Assembly (NCBI GenBank): GCA_017940575.1
Contig: JAGAYJ010000008.1
Span: forward strand, 350-64,349
Reading direction: 5' to 3'
Source: Bacilli bacterium
GTDB lineage: Bacteria; Bacillota_I; Bacilli_A; RF39; UBA660
DNA length: 64,000 bases
The notes beneath the pieces are model-generated. The model saw only the letters and a list, made by a program, of their open reading frames with translations. It did no database searches and was not told the origin of the DNA. The position numbers and the translations under genes were made by a program. Shown piece by piece: positions 22,505 through 32,900 of the stretch (position 1 is its first letter; every line of letters begins with the position of its first letter).

Positions 22505-23316
22505 ATCCAATTTTGGTTGATTTAGGATTTATACAAATTTATTGGTATTCTTTTATATTATTTTTAGCTTTTTTTATAGGTGGCATACTAGCAATTCATG
22601 AAGCAAAAAAATGGAATATTCCAGAAGATTTTATGATAAACTTATTTTTCTATATCATTATTTTTTCGCTTATAGGAGCTAGATTATATTATGTTTTATT
22701 TAATCTTGATTATTATAAAATGTATCCAATGGAGATTATTAAAGTATGGCAAGGTGGTCTTGCTATTCATGGAGGTTTAATTGCCGCATTATTAGTAGTT
22801 TTAATTTATTCTAAAAAATATAAAGTTAAGACACTAAGATTACTTGATATTTTGGTTGTTAGTTTAATACTAGGTCAAGCAATAGGTAGATGGGGAAACT
22901 TCATGAATGGTGAAGCACATGGTATTGAAACAACCATAGAACATTTAAAAAATCTTCATATACCTGATTTTATAATTAATGGAATGAATATAGATGGAAT
23001 ATATTATATTCCAACATTCTTCTATGAATCAATTTTATGTTTTATAGGCTTTATAATTTTATTTATATTTAGAAAACTTAAATATACAAAAATAGGACAA
23101 ACAACATCTTTATACTTGATTTGGTACGGAATTGTAAGATTTATTATAGAAGGAATGCGTACTGATAGTTTAATGTATATGAATTTTAGAGTTGCTCAAG
23201 TAGTATCAGTTATAATGGTTATAATAGGTCTTATAATGTTTATAAAATTAAAGGCAGGATCTTTATTTGAAAATAGATATAATGACCCAGAAAATGTAGA
23301 AAACATAAGATTTTAA
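22501..23316 (+). CDS. lgt: prolipoprotein diacylglyceryl transferase
   Basis: 271 aa. Motifs IYWYSF, GGLAIHGG, GRWGNFMNGEAHG. Confidence 0.93.
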   Translation: MNPILVDLGFIQIYWYSFILFLAFFIGGILAIHEAKKWNIPEDFMINLFFYIIIFSLIGARLYYVLFNLDYYKMYPMEIIKVWQGGLAIHGGLIAALLVVLIYSKKYKVKTLRLLDILVVSLILGQAIGRWGNFMNGEAHGIETTIEHLKNLHIPDFIINGMNIDGIYYIPTFFYESILCFIGFIILFIFRKLKYTKIGQTTSLYLIWYGIVRFIIEGMRTDSLMYMNFRVAQVVSVIMVIIGLIMFIKLKAGSLFENRYNDPENVENIRF

Positions 23317-23369
23317 AAAGATACTTTCATATGTATCTTTTTTTTAGTATAATATATTTGGTGATTTAT

Positions 23370-24275
23370 ATGTCTTTTACAACTATTGTTAAAAATGAAA
23401 TAAGTAAATTAGAAACAAAACAAGTTGAAAATATTACAGAATTATCTGCTATTTTAAGAAACATAGGTGTTATTAATAATATAATTAAAGTTCAAACTGA
23501 AAATGCTAGTGTTGCAAGAAGAATCTATACTCTTTTAAAAGATACATTTAATATAAGTCCTAGAATAGTTGTAAGACGTGGTTTTAACTTTAATAAAAAT
23601 TATATTTATATTATTGAAATAGATAAAAAAATTCAAAATATAATAGATTCATTAGAACTTAAAACTAGTATTCCTAAAGAATATATTTATTCTGATGAAT
23701 ACTTAGTAAGAGCTTATTTAAGAGGACTATTTTTAAGTGTTGGTAGTATAAATGATCCTAAAAAATCAAGATATCACCTAGAATTTATGGTATCAAGTAA
23801 AGAATATGCTGATTTTGTATCTGAATTACTTAATAAATTTGAATTAAATAGTAAAGTTTTAAAAAGAGAAAACAGATATATGATTTATGTAAAAGAAGCA
23901 GAAAAGATTGGCGATTTTTTAAGACTTATGAGAGCTATGAATGCTGTATTTTATTATGAAGATATTAGAATATATAGAGATCATAAAAATATGACTAATA
24001 GACTTAATAATTGTGAACAAGCAAATGTTGATAAAATAATAGATTCTGCTAATAAACAATTAAAAGACATAGAAAAAATAGAATCGATTGATGCATTAGA
24101 ATTACTTGATGATAAAACGAAAGAAGCTGCAATTTACAGAAAAAAATATCCAGAAGTATCACTTGCTGAATTAAGTGAAATAATTTCACTTGAAACAGGA
24201 AATAAAATAACAAAATCAGGTTTATATCATAGATTTAACAAAATAAAAGAAATGGCAAATAAAATAAAAAAGTGA
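23370..24275 (+). CDS. whiA: sporulation/cell-division regulator WhiA
   Basis: ORF track 23331..24275. That extension runs through the lgt terminator and a TATAAT (23348-23353); the ATG at 23370 follows GGTGA. Starts MSFTTIVKNEI; has LAGLIDADG-like repeats and a C-terminal HTH. Confidence 0.9.
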   Translation: MSFTTIVKNEISKLETKQVENITELSAILRNIGVINNIIKVQTENASVARRIYTLLKDTFNISPRIVVRRGFNFNKNYIYIIEIDKKIQNIIDSLELKTSIPKEYIYSDEYLVRAYLRGLFLSVGSINDPKKSRYHLEFMVSSKEYADFVSELLNKFELNSKVLKRENRYMIYVKEAEKIGDFLRLMRAMNAVFYYEDIRIYRDHKNMTNRLNNCEQANVDKIIDSANKQLKDIEKIESIDALELLDDKTKEAAIYRKKYPEVSLAELSEIISLETGNKITKSGLYHRFNKIKEMANKIKK

Positions 24276-24290
24276 ATAATTCACTCTTTT

Positions 24291-24593
24291 TTAAAATAAT
24301 TCACTATGACTGCCAATTCCAACTAAAAGTAAAACAATCTTTTGATTTTGATATTGATAAATTAGTAACCAATCAGGTTCTATATGACATTCATAACAAT
24401 CTTTATAATATTTATCATTTATTAATTGGTGATTTTTATATTTCTCTTCTAATTCTTCACCATTTGCAAGTTTCTCTAATACATAAATAAATTTTTTAAT
24501 ATTTTTACCTTGTTTAATTATTTTTTTATATTGTTTTTTGAAGCTTGAAGTCATGTCTACAGCATACTTCGTCTTTAAATCTAATTTATTCAT
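24291..24593 (-). CDS. yafQ: type II toxin, YafQ/RelE-family mRNA interferase
   Basis: 100 aa. Motifs FKKQYKK, ...CHIEPDWLLIY... and GSHSELF at the C-terminus. Overlaps the antitoxin by 8 nt. Confidence 0.85.
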   Translation of the reverse strand: MNKLDLKTKYAVDMTSSFKKQYKKIIKQGKNIKKFIYVLEKLANGEELEEKYKNHQLINDKYYKDCYECHIEPDWLLIYQYQNQKIVLLLVGIGSHSELF

Positions 24594-24870
24594 TTAAAGC
24601 ATCAATTACTTCGTTAATTGTATTATATCCTGTTCTTTCAGGATTATTTCTTATTGACTCTGCTTCTTTTAATGCTTTTTTTAACTCTTTACTTGGTTTA
24701 GGTGCAACTACACTAGGTGTGAAAATTAATTTTTGTTCTTGAACACTTTGCTTTAAAAACATATTTAAAGCAACACTTGTATTCATACCAAGTGCTTTAA
24801 ATAATTTATCTGCTTCTTTTTTTAAGTTTTTATCAACTCTAAAGCTCATATTAATTGCTTCACTAGCCAT
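24586..24870 (-). CDS. dinJ: type II antitoxin, RelB/DinJ family
   Basis: 94 aa. N-terminal ribbon-helix-helix INMSFRVDKNLKKEADKLFKALGMNTSVALNMFLKQ. Confidence 0.85.
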   Translation of the reverse strand: MASEAINMSFRVDKNLKKEADKLFKALGMNTSVALNMFLKQSVQEQKLIFTPSVVAPKPSKELKKALKEAESIRNNPERTGYNTINEVIDALNE

Positions 24871-24903
24871 AAAATCATCTCCTTTATATAATATATAGCA
24901 AAT

Positions 24904-24924
24904 TCAATATATTGTCAATATATT
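24904..24924 (-). promoter_or_regulatory. candidate TA operator: tandem TCAATATATT repeats (11-bp period)
   Basis: TCAATATATT-G-TCAATATATT read directly, 34-54 nt upstream of the dinJ start. Each unit contains the palindrome AATATATT. Confidence 0.35.
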
Positions 24925-25026
24925 ATATATATATTTTTACTGTTAAAATTTATGAAATTTTATTTTATTAGAAGACATTGACTTAATTTTATAGTATAAT
25001 ATATTAAGAGAAAAAGGTGGGATATT

Positions 25027-25470
25027 ATGAAAGTAATTTTTCTAACTGACGTAAAAGGCCAGGGCAAAAAAAATGAAATAAAAGAAGTTAAAGATGGATA
25101 TGCTCAAAACTTCTTAATAAAAAAAGGCCTTGCTATAAAAGCAACTGAAAATAATATTGGAAAAGTTAGTAAGAAAGTTAATGAAGAAGCATTAGAAGAA
25201 TCATTACTAATAAAAGAGTTAACTAGTGTTGCAAAAAAACTTGAAAAAGAAAAGTTTGAATTTAAATTAAAAACTGGAGAACAAGATAGAGTTTTTGGAA
25301 CAGTTTCTATAAAACAAATAAAAGAAGCAATTAATAATCTAGGATATCATGTTGAAAAACAAAATATAAAACTTGATCATCCTATTGATACGCTTGGAGT
25401 TCATGATGTATTAATAGAACTTCATAAAAAAGTAATAGCAACTATAAAAGTAAAAGTATCTAAAAAGTAG
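25027..25470 (+). CDS. rplI: 50S ribosomal protein L9
   Basis: 147 aa. Starts [36 protein letters not shown]. Confidence 0.95.
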   Translation: MKVIFLTDVKGQGKKNEIKEVKDGYAQNFLIKKGLAIKATENNIGKVSKKVNEEALEESLLIKELTSVAKKLEKEKFEFKLKTGEQDRVFGTVSIKQIKEAINNLGYHVEKQNIKLDHPIDTLGVHDVLIELHKKVIATIKVKVSKK

Positions 25471-25478
25471 GTGATGAT

Positions 25479-26825
25479 ATGAAAGATAAAAAAATACCAC
25501 AAAATATTGAAGCAGAACAAGCCGTTTTAGCATCTATGTTTTTATCTAAATATGCTTTAGAAAAATGCGTGGATGAATTATCAAAAGATTTGTTTTACCT
25601 TGATAATCATGGTATTCTTTTTGATGTTTTAAAAGAACTTCATGAAAGTAATAGAGCTATTGATATAACAACAGTTACTGATACTTTAGAAAAAAAAGAT
25701 TTACTTACTAAAATAGGTGGAGTTGAATATTTAGGAGAAATAATAAATAGTATTGCATCACCATCTAATATTGATGAATATATAAATATAGTTGAAGAAA
25801 AGGCAATAAGAAGACGATTAATAGAAACATCAATTGAAATAGAAAATGATGGATATAATTCTGATGATTCATTAAATGATTTACTTGATAATGCTGAAAA
25901 AAGAATGCTTAATGTAGTAAAAACAAGAAAAGGAACTGAATTTAGAAGCATTCAAGATGTTATTACAAAAGCTCAAAGTAATCTAGAACAATTATCAGAA
26001 TTAGGAGGAAATGTTACAGGATTAATTACTGGTTTTGATGAAATTGATAATTTAACAAGTGGACTTCATAGTAGTGAACTTATAATTATAGCTGCTCGTC
26101 CTGCTATGGGTAAAACTGCTTTTGCTCTTAACCTAGCTACTAATGTTGCAATAAAAAATAATAAAACGGTTGCCGTATTTAATATGGAAATGCCTGCTGA
26201 ACAATTAGCTAATCGTATGTTTGCTGCAGAAGGACAAATAGAAGGATATAAACTATCAACAGGTAATTTACTTAAAAGTGATTGGAATAAATTAGATGAG
26301 GCTATATCTAGACTATCTGATGCTAAAATTTATATAGATGATACTCCAGGTATGACTATTTCTGAGATTAAAGCAAAATGTAGAAGACTTGCATCATCAA
26401 CAGGTGATTTAGGTATGGTTGTAATCGATTACTTACAACTTATTACAGGTTCTGCTAAATACGCTGGTAATAGACAACAAGAAATAGCTGAAATATCAAG
26501 AGCACTTAAAACACTTGCTATGGAATTATCTATTCCAATTGTTGCTCTTGCACAATTATCTCGTAGTGTAGAATCTAGAGAAGATAAACGACCTCTTTTA
26601 AGTGATTTAAGAGAATCTGGTTCTATTGAACAAGATGCTGATATCGTAGCATTTCTTTATAGAGATGATTATTATACTAAGAAAGTTGACTATGAAGATG
26701 GATCAAGTAAGAGTGAATTTATTGTTGCAAAACATCGTAATGGTGCTACTAAAACAATACCTTTACTATTTAGAAAAAATATTTCTAAATTTGAAAGTTT
26801 CTTGGAAGAAAATGGTGAATTATGA
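25479..26825 (+). CDS. dnaB: replicative DNA helicase (DnaB family; DnaC in Bacillus nomenclature)
   Basis: 448 aa. Motifs PQNIEAEQAVL, ARPAMGKTAF, VIDYLQL, SRALK, QLSR. Confidence 0.96.
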   Translation: MKDKKIPQNIEAEQAVLASMFLSKYALEKCVDELSKDLFYLDNHGILFDVLKELHESNRAIDITTVTDTLEKKDLLTKIGGVEYLGEIINSIASPSNIDEYINIVEEKAIRRRLIETSIEIENDGYNSDDSLNDLLDNAEKRMLNVVKTRKGTEFRSIQDVITKAQSNLEQLSELGGNVTGLITGFDEIDNLTSGLHSSELIIIAARPAMGKTAFALNLATNVAIKNNKTVAVFNMEMPAEQLANRMFAAEGQIEGYKLSTGNLLKSDWNKLDEAISRLSDAKIYIDDTPGMTISEIKAKCRRLASSTGDLGMVVIDYLQLITGSAKYAGNRQQEIAEISRALKTLAMELSIPIVALAQLSRSVESREDKRPLLSDLRESGSIEQDADIVAFLYRDDYYTKKVDYEDGSSKSEFIVAKHRNGATKTIPLLFRKNISKFESFLEENGEL

Positions 26826-28291
26826 AAAGATTTTTAACAATTTTTATATGTTCTTTTTTAACAATTTTTATTACTCTTTTAGCTTTTAATTATAAAGTTA
26901 ATTCAAATCCTAATATATTTTATCAAGTATATTTAAATGGTAAAGTATTAGGTGTAATAGAGTCAAAAAGTGAACTAGAAAATTACATTGATAATAAAAA
27001 TAAACAATATAAAGATAAATTTAATGTAAAAAAAATCTATGCTCCAAATGGTCTTCAAATAAAAAAAATAGAAACTTATAAAGGTAATACTTCATCTGTA
27101 AAAGATATATATAATAAAATAGCATCAACAGATCCTTTTACAATTAAAGGATATCAATTCATTTTAAAGAAAAAAGATGAACAAGAAAATGATAAAGATG
27201 TTATTATTTATACACTTTCAAAAGATATTTTTAATAAAGCTGTTGAAAGTACTATTTCAACATTTGTTGGTAGTGATAATTATAAAAATTATGTAGACAA
27301 AACACAAACAGAAATTAGTGAGACAGGAACAATTATTGAAAATATATATATAGATGATGATATAACAGTTAAAAGTATTAATATACCTGTTACAGAAAAC
27401 ATCTATTCTGATTCACAAAATTTAGCTAAATTTTTAGTGTTTGGTAATAATATTGAGACTAAAGAGTATACGGTAAAAGTTGGAGATACTATTGAAGATG
27501 TTGCTTTTGCTAATCAAATAAGTGTTGAAGAATTCTTAATATCAAACCCAAACTTTTCAAGTGCAAAAAATTTACTTTTTCCAGGTCAAGTTGTTAATAT
27601 TGGTATAACTGATCCACAAATAACAGTTGTTAAAGAAGAATACTCTGTAAAAGATCAAGAAAAAGCATTTTCAACAGAACTTAAATATGATAGTAATAAA
27701 GTTATAGGTGATGATGATGTAGTACAAGAGGGTGAAAATGGATTAGAGAGAATCACTCAAAGAGTAAGATATACTAATGGACAAATTAGTTATGTAGAGC
27801 CTATTAGTAATGTAGAATTAAAACCTACAATTAATAGAATTATTATTAAGGGTGAAAAATATATTCCTAATGTTGGTAGTACTAAAAACTGGTTATGGCC
27901 AACCAGAAGTGGTTATACAATTTCATCTGATTATATTTATCGTATTAATCCTATTACAGGTGGACGTGAACTTCATGCAGCAATAGATATATCAGGAACA
28001 GGTTATGGATCTCCTATTTATGCTGTAACTAATGGAGTTGTATCTGAAGTTTCTTATAGATATCAAGATGGTAACTATGTTTGTATTAATCATAATAATG
28101 GATATTATACATGTTATGCCCATATGTCAAGACAAGCTGTTAAAGTAGGTGAGACTGTAGAACGTGGACATATAATTGGTTATGTTGGACAATCAGGTTG
28201 GGCAACAGGACCTCATTTACACTTTGAGGTATGGGTAGGAAAACCTTGGAATGGTGGATACAGAATTAACCCTTGGAGTATGTATAGATGA
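26822..28291 (+). CDS. M23 (LytM) peptidoglycan endopeptidase with LysM and G5-like modules
   Basis: 489 aa with an N-terminal TM. LysM YTVKVGDTIEDVA...; G5-like EGENGLERITQRVRYTNG; catalytic HAAIDI and GPHLHFEV. Confidence 0.88.
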   Translation: MKRFLTIFICSFLTIFITLLAFNYKVNSNPNIFYQVYLNGKVLGVIESKSELENYIDNKNKQYKDKFNVKKIYAPNGLQIKKIETYKGNTSSVKDIYNKIASTDPFTIKGYQFILKKKDEQENDKDVIIYTLSKDIFNKAVESTISTFVGSDNYKNYVDKTQTEISETGTIIENIYIDDDITVKSINIPVTENIYSDSQNLAKFLVFGNNIETKEYTVKVGDTIEDVAFANQISVEEFLISNPNFSSAKNLLFPGQVVNIGITDPQITVVKEEYSVKDQEKAFSTELKYDSNKVIGDDDVVQEGENGLERITQRVRYTNGQISYVEPISNVELKPTINRIIIKGEKYIPNVGSTKNWLWPTRSGYTISSDYIYRINPITGGRELHAAIDISGTGYGSPIYAVTNGVVSEVSYRYQDGNYVCINHNNGYYTCYAHMSRQAVKVGETVERGHIIGYVGQSGWATGPHLHFEVWVGKPWNGGYRINPWSMYR

Positions 28292-29052
28292 TAGTGTGTA
28301 CTTTAGCTAGCGGATCAAAAGGCAACTCAACATATGTTGCCTCTTCTTCTGTTAAATTACTATTAGATTTAGGTACTACTAGTATGTATGTTGAAAAAAA
28401 ATTAAAAAGTATTGATGTTGATCCAAATGAAATAACAGGAATACTTATATCTCATACCCATTCCGATCATATAAATGGATTAAAAGTATTTATAAAAAAA
28501 TACAATCCAACTTTATTTTTAACAGAAAAAATGCTAAATGATTTAAAAGAACAATTTAATGTTACTAATTATGTTTTAATTGATGATGATTTTACAGTTG
28601 GTGATATTAATGTAAGTGTTATTAAAACATCTCACGATGCAAGTGATTCTAATGGATATATATTAGAATCAAATGGTAAATCAGTTGTATATGTAACAGA
28701 TACAGGTTATATTAATCAAAAAAATCATAAAAAATTAATGAATAAAAATGTTTATGTATTTGAAAGCAATCATGATGTAGAAATGCTTATGAATGGTAAT
28801 TATCCTTATTATTTAAAACAAAGAATATTAGGAGATAAGGGACATTTATCAAATAAGGATTCTGCCTATTATCTATCAAAATTTATTGGTAATAATACTA
28901 AATATGTAGTATTAGCGCATTTATCTCATGAGAATAATGATCCTGTAATAGCGCTTAATACGCTTAAAGATAAGTTAAAAGAAGAAGATATTAAATTTGA
29001 TAATATAATTGTTTCTACTCAAGAAGATAGAACTGAGTTGATTAGTATATGA
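28288..29052 (+). CDS. MBL-fold metallo-hydrolase (YycJ/WalJ-like)
   Basis: 254 aa. Motif ISHTHSDH. Position just before rlmH, as in Bacillus yycJ-rlmH. Confidence 0.85.
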   Translation: MIVCTLASGSKGNSTYVASSSVKLLLDLGTTSMYVEKKLKSIDVDPNEITGILISHTHSDHINGLKVFIKKYNPTLFLTEKMLNDLKEQFNVTNYVLIDDDFTVGDINVSVIKTSHDASDSNGYILESNGKSVVYVTDTGYINQKNHKKLMNKNVYVFESNHDVEMLMNGNYPYYLKQRILGDKGHLSNKDSAYYLSKFIGNNTKYVVLAHLSHENNDPVIALNTLKDKLKEEDIKFDNIIVSTQEDRTELISI

Positions 29053-29486
29053 TAAAAATATTATGTGTTGGAAAAATAAAAGAAAAGTTTTTTAAAGACG
29101 CAATAGAAGAATATAAAAAAAGATTATCTAAATATACTAAATTAGAGATAATTGAGGTAAGTGATAATGAATCTATTGATAAAGAAAAGGAGTCATTACT
29201 TAAATATATTAATGAAAAAGATTATATAATTACTTTAGAAATTGAAGGTAAAGAATTAACATCGATAGAATTATCAAAGAAAATTGAAGATATTTTAATG
29301 ATTAATTCTAATATTACTTTTATAATAGGAAGTTCAAATGGACTTCATGATGATATAAAAAAATTAAGTAATTTTAAATTATCTTTTTCTAAAATGACTT
29401 TTCCACATCAATTGTTTAGAGTTATTTTACTTGAACAAATATATAGAGCATTTAAAATAACAAATAATGAGTCATATCATAAATAA
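29049..29486 (+). CDS. rlmH: 23S rRNA (pseudouridine1915-N3)-methyltransferase RlmH
   Basis: 145 aa. Motifs GKIKEKFFKDAIEEYKKRL and FSKMTFPHQLFRVILLEQIYRA. Confidence 0.9.
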   Translation: MIKILCVGKIKEKFFKDAIEEYKKRLSKYTKLEIIEVSDNESIDKEKESLLKYINEKDYIITLEIEGKELTSIELSKKIEDILMINSNITFIIGSSNGLHDDIKKLSNFKLSFSKMTFPHQLFRVILLEQIYRAFKITNNESYHK

Positions 29487-29490
29487 AAGG

Positions 29491-29718
29491 TTAAAGTTGA
29501 ACTTTAACCTTTTTATATGCTTTTTTATTATTTGTTAATCCCAATATATAATCGGTACTTGTATTGTAGAATAGAGCAAATTTAATCAAAAGATCAATAG
29601 GTATATTAATTTTACCTAATTCATATTTACTGTAATTTGTTTGAGTTAAATGAAATATTCGCGCTATGTCTTTTTGAAGTAAATCTTTATCTTCTCTTAA
29701 ATCCTTTAGTCTATTCAT
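29491..29718 (-). CDS. XRE-family helix-turn-helix transcriptional regulator
   Basis: 75 aa. Motif LRED.DLLQKDIARIFHLTQTNYSKYELGK. Divergent from the giant pilin gene. Confidence 0.85.
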   Translation of the reverse strand: MNRLKDLREDKDLLQKDIARIFHLTQTNYSKYELGKINIPIDLLIKFALFYNTSTDYILGLTNNKKAYKKVKVQL

Positions 29719-29912
29719 AAAATTTCACCATATTCATTATATTAAAGTTATTTTATGACTATTGACAAATAGTTATATTTTGACTACGTTTTAAATACTA
29801 TGCAAAAAATTATAAAAGTGATTTTTAATTTTTATCATAATAAATTTTCATTTATTTACATTAAAGTATAAATATTATATAATAAAAATAGTTATAATAA
29901 GAGGGTGATAAT

Positions 29913-32900
29913 ATGAAGAAGGGATTTACACTAGTAGAGTTACTTGGGACAATTGTACTTATATCTATTTTAGCAGTTATTACTATACCAGTTGTTACTA
30001 AAATTGTAGATTATGTTAGAAAAGAAGCAGTTAAAAATAGTGTATATAGCTTATTTAAATCAGCTTATATTTATTATGCAGAAAATGAAATTGAAAATAA
30101 AAACGATAAAATAATATTTACGTGTGACGGAAATAAATGTATGACAGCTAAAGGAGGAAGATTATCTTTTAAAGGGTCTGCTCCAACAGGTGGTCAAATT
30201 ATTACAGATGTAGATGGTAAAGCAGAAGCATATTATTTAAGAATTGGTGAATGGTGTATACTTGGTACAAAAAGTTATTTGGATATTAATAAGGATTGTA
30301 CTAAGTTAGATGCAACAAGTGCAGAAGTTACTTTAAAACAGGTTGCTGTTACATCTAAAAGCATAACTGTACAAGTAAATGCAACAGATAATGAATCAAG
30401 TATTAAAAAAATCATTTATGACTTTGATGGAAAAACTTATGAAGAAGACTATAATAATGGAGTAGTTAATACAACAAGATCATTTTCCAATTTAAAAGCA
30501 GGTCAGGAATATAATATTAAAGTTAAAGTAATAAATGGAAATGATTTAGAGCAAAATGAGCAAATAAATATTTCTACATTAGATTTAGGTACTTTAATTG
30601 TTAAGTTTAATAATACTCCTGCTACTAGTCAAAATGGTTATTTAAAAAGTCAAACAGCTTATTTAGATTATAGTTCTAATGATGCAGAAGGATATTATAT
30701 AAAGAGCTTAAGAGATGCAAAAAGTGATATAAATAGTAAAAAAGTATGTACAGGAGATACAGTACCTGATGAATGCACAAATAGTGAAACTTTAAATATT
30801 GAAGCAAATAAATGGTATTATTTTGAAGACTCTCCAAATTTAACTTATAATGAGACAAATAGTACTGATGCAGTATTATATGCAAGAGTTACAAATGGTA
30901 TATCAATTACATCTAATTCTTCTGGAACAATATCTAAGATAGATCAAGATAAACCAATATTAGAACTTGATACTTCTACTGCAACAAGTAAGAATATAAT
31001 AATTCCATTTACAACAACAGATGAACATTCGGGATTAAATACACAAACTTGTAAATATTCAACTACAGATGGTTCATATACATCATCAGCAACAGTTGAA
31101 GATAGTACATGTTTAATAAATAACGTTAATCATAATACAACATATTATTATCAAATATGTTCAACAGATTTAGTTGGAAATAAAAAATGTGAAACTGGAT
31201 CTAACAAAACATTAAAATTATCTGTTACACTTAAATCAACAAATACACCAAGTAATGCTCAAAATGAATATTTAAAAACACAAGTATGGAATTTAGATAC
31301 AACAGGTAGTCCTACTGGATATTATATTAAATCAACAAGAGCAGCAACAAGTAGCGTTAATTTAACAAAGAGTTGTGGATCTGATACTGATCCTACAACA
31401 TGTACTGATATAACATCTACAAAGAATATGGATGCAAATATATGGTATTATACAGAATCAAAACCATCTATTACATATGATAAAACGGCAACGCAAACAG
31501 ATACACTTTTAGCAAGAATAACAGATGGTAAGAATACTACTGTTAATGCATCAGCTACTGTATCTAAGATAGATATTACAAGTCCAACCGTAACATTGGG
31601 TACTGCAACAGTTACAAGTAATAGTGTAAGTATTCCAATAACTAGTAGTGATGCCCATTCAGGACTAAATACAGTAACATGTAAGTATTCAACTACATCT
31701 GGAAGTTATACAGAAGATGCAAGTAGTGCAACAACAAGTAATTGTTTAATCAGTAATGCTGGTAGTAATAGTACATACTATTATCAAGTATGTATAAATG
31801 ATTTAGTAGGTAATGAATCAACATGTAAAACAGGAAGTGCAAAAACAACACAACTTTCAGTAACACTTAAATCAACGAATACACCTACTACTGCTGTAAA
31901 TGGCTATTTAACAAAACAAGTATGGAATTTAACAACTACAGGAAATCCAACTGGATATTGGATTAAGAGTACAAGAGCAGCAACAAGTAGTGTTAATTTA
32001 ACTCAAAGTTGTGGAACAGATGATAGTCCAGGTACTTGTACAACCATAACAGCAACAAAGAGTATGACTGCAAATACATGGTACTATACAACTTCAAAGC
32101 CAAGTATTACATACAGTTCAACTTCTACAACAACAGCAACATTATATGCAAAAATAACAGATGGATATAATACAACATTATATAACAGTGCAACAGTAAG
32201 TAAAATAGAAAATTGTTCATATAGTGCTAATAAACAATGGAGTTATGGGTATAAAGGTAATTATCAAACATTTACAACACCTTGTACAGGTAATTATAAA
32301 ATTGAATTATGGGGTGCACAAGGTGGAAATACAACAGCAACAGGTGGAAAAGGTGCATATACTTCTGGAACTATTACATTAACGCATTCACAAAAATTGT
32401 ATGTATATGTTGGAGGTGCAGGTTCTTCAACAGAAGCAGGTGTTCAGCAAACAATTTCTGGTGGTTATAATGGCGGAGGTTCAACTGGAGGACAAGATTG
32501 TTGTAATCGAAAATTTGGTTCAGGTGGAGGAGCAACGGATATTAGAATAACTTCTGGTACTTGGAACAATGCAACAAGCTTAGCGTCAAGAATTATGGTT
32601 GCTGCTGGAGGTGGCGGATCTTATTCTGGCACTAATGATGTAGAAGCTGCAAACAATGGTGGTGCTGGTGGTACACTTATTGGAAAAAATGGTACGCAAA
32701 GTGGAGGTACAGAACATACTTATTGCTACGGATTAGGTGGAACACAACTTGCTGGAGGATTAGTAACTACAGATTGTTATTATAAGGCAAGTTTTACCAG
32801 TGTTAAATTAAGTTCATTTGGTAAAGGCGGTGGTGATACAGGCGCTAGAACAGGTGGCGGAGGAGGATATTATGGAGGATCTTCATCTGGTCATATAGCA

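Noticed and set aside
24272-24742. Plus-strand ORFs 24272..24490 and 24545..24742
   Set aside because: They are antisense to the DinJ/YafQ genes, which have clear family motifs and operon structure.
29719-29912. Possible c-di-GMP riboswitch upstream of the pilin gene (by analogy with C. difficile pilA1)
   Set aside because: The region is almost entirely A/T and lacks the GC-rich conserved cores (GGCAAA...GGGACGCAAAGCC-type segments) of class I or II c-di-GMP riboswitches.
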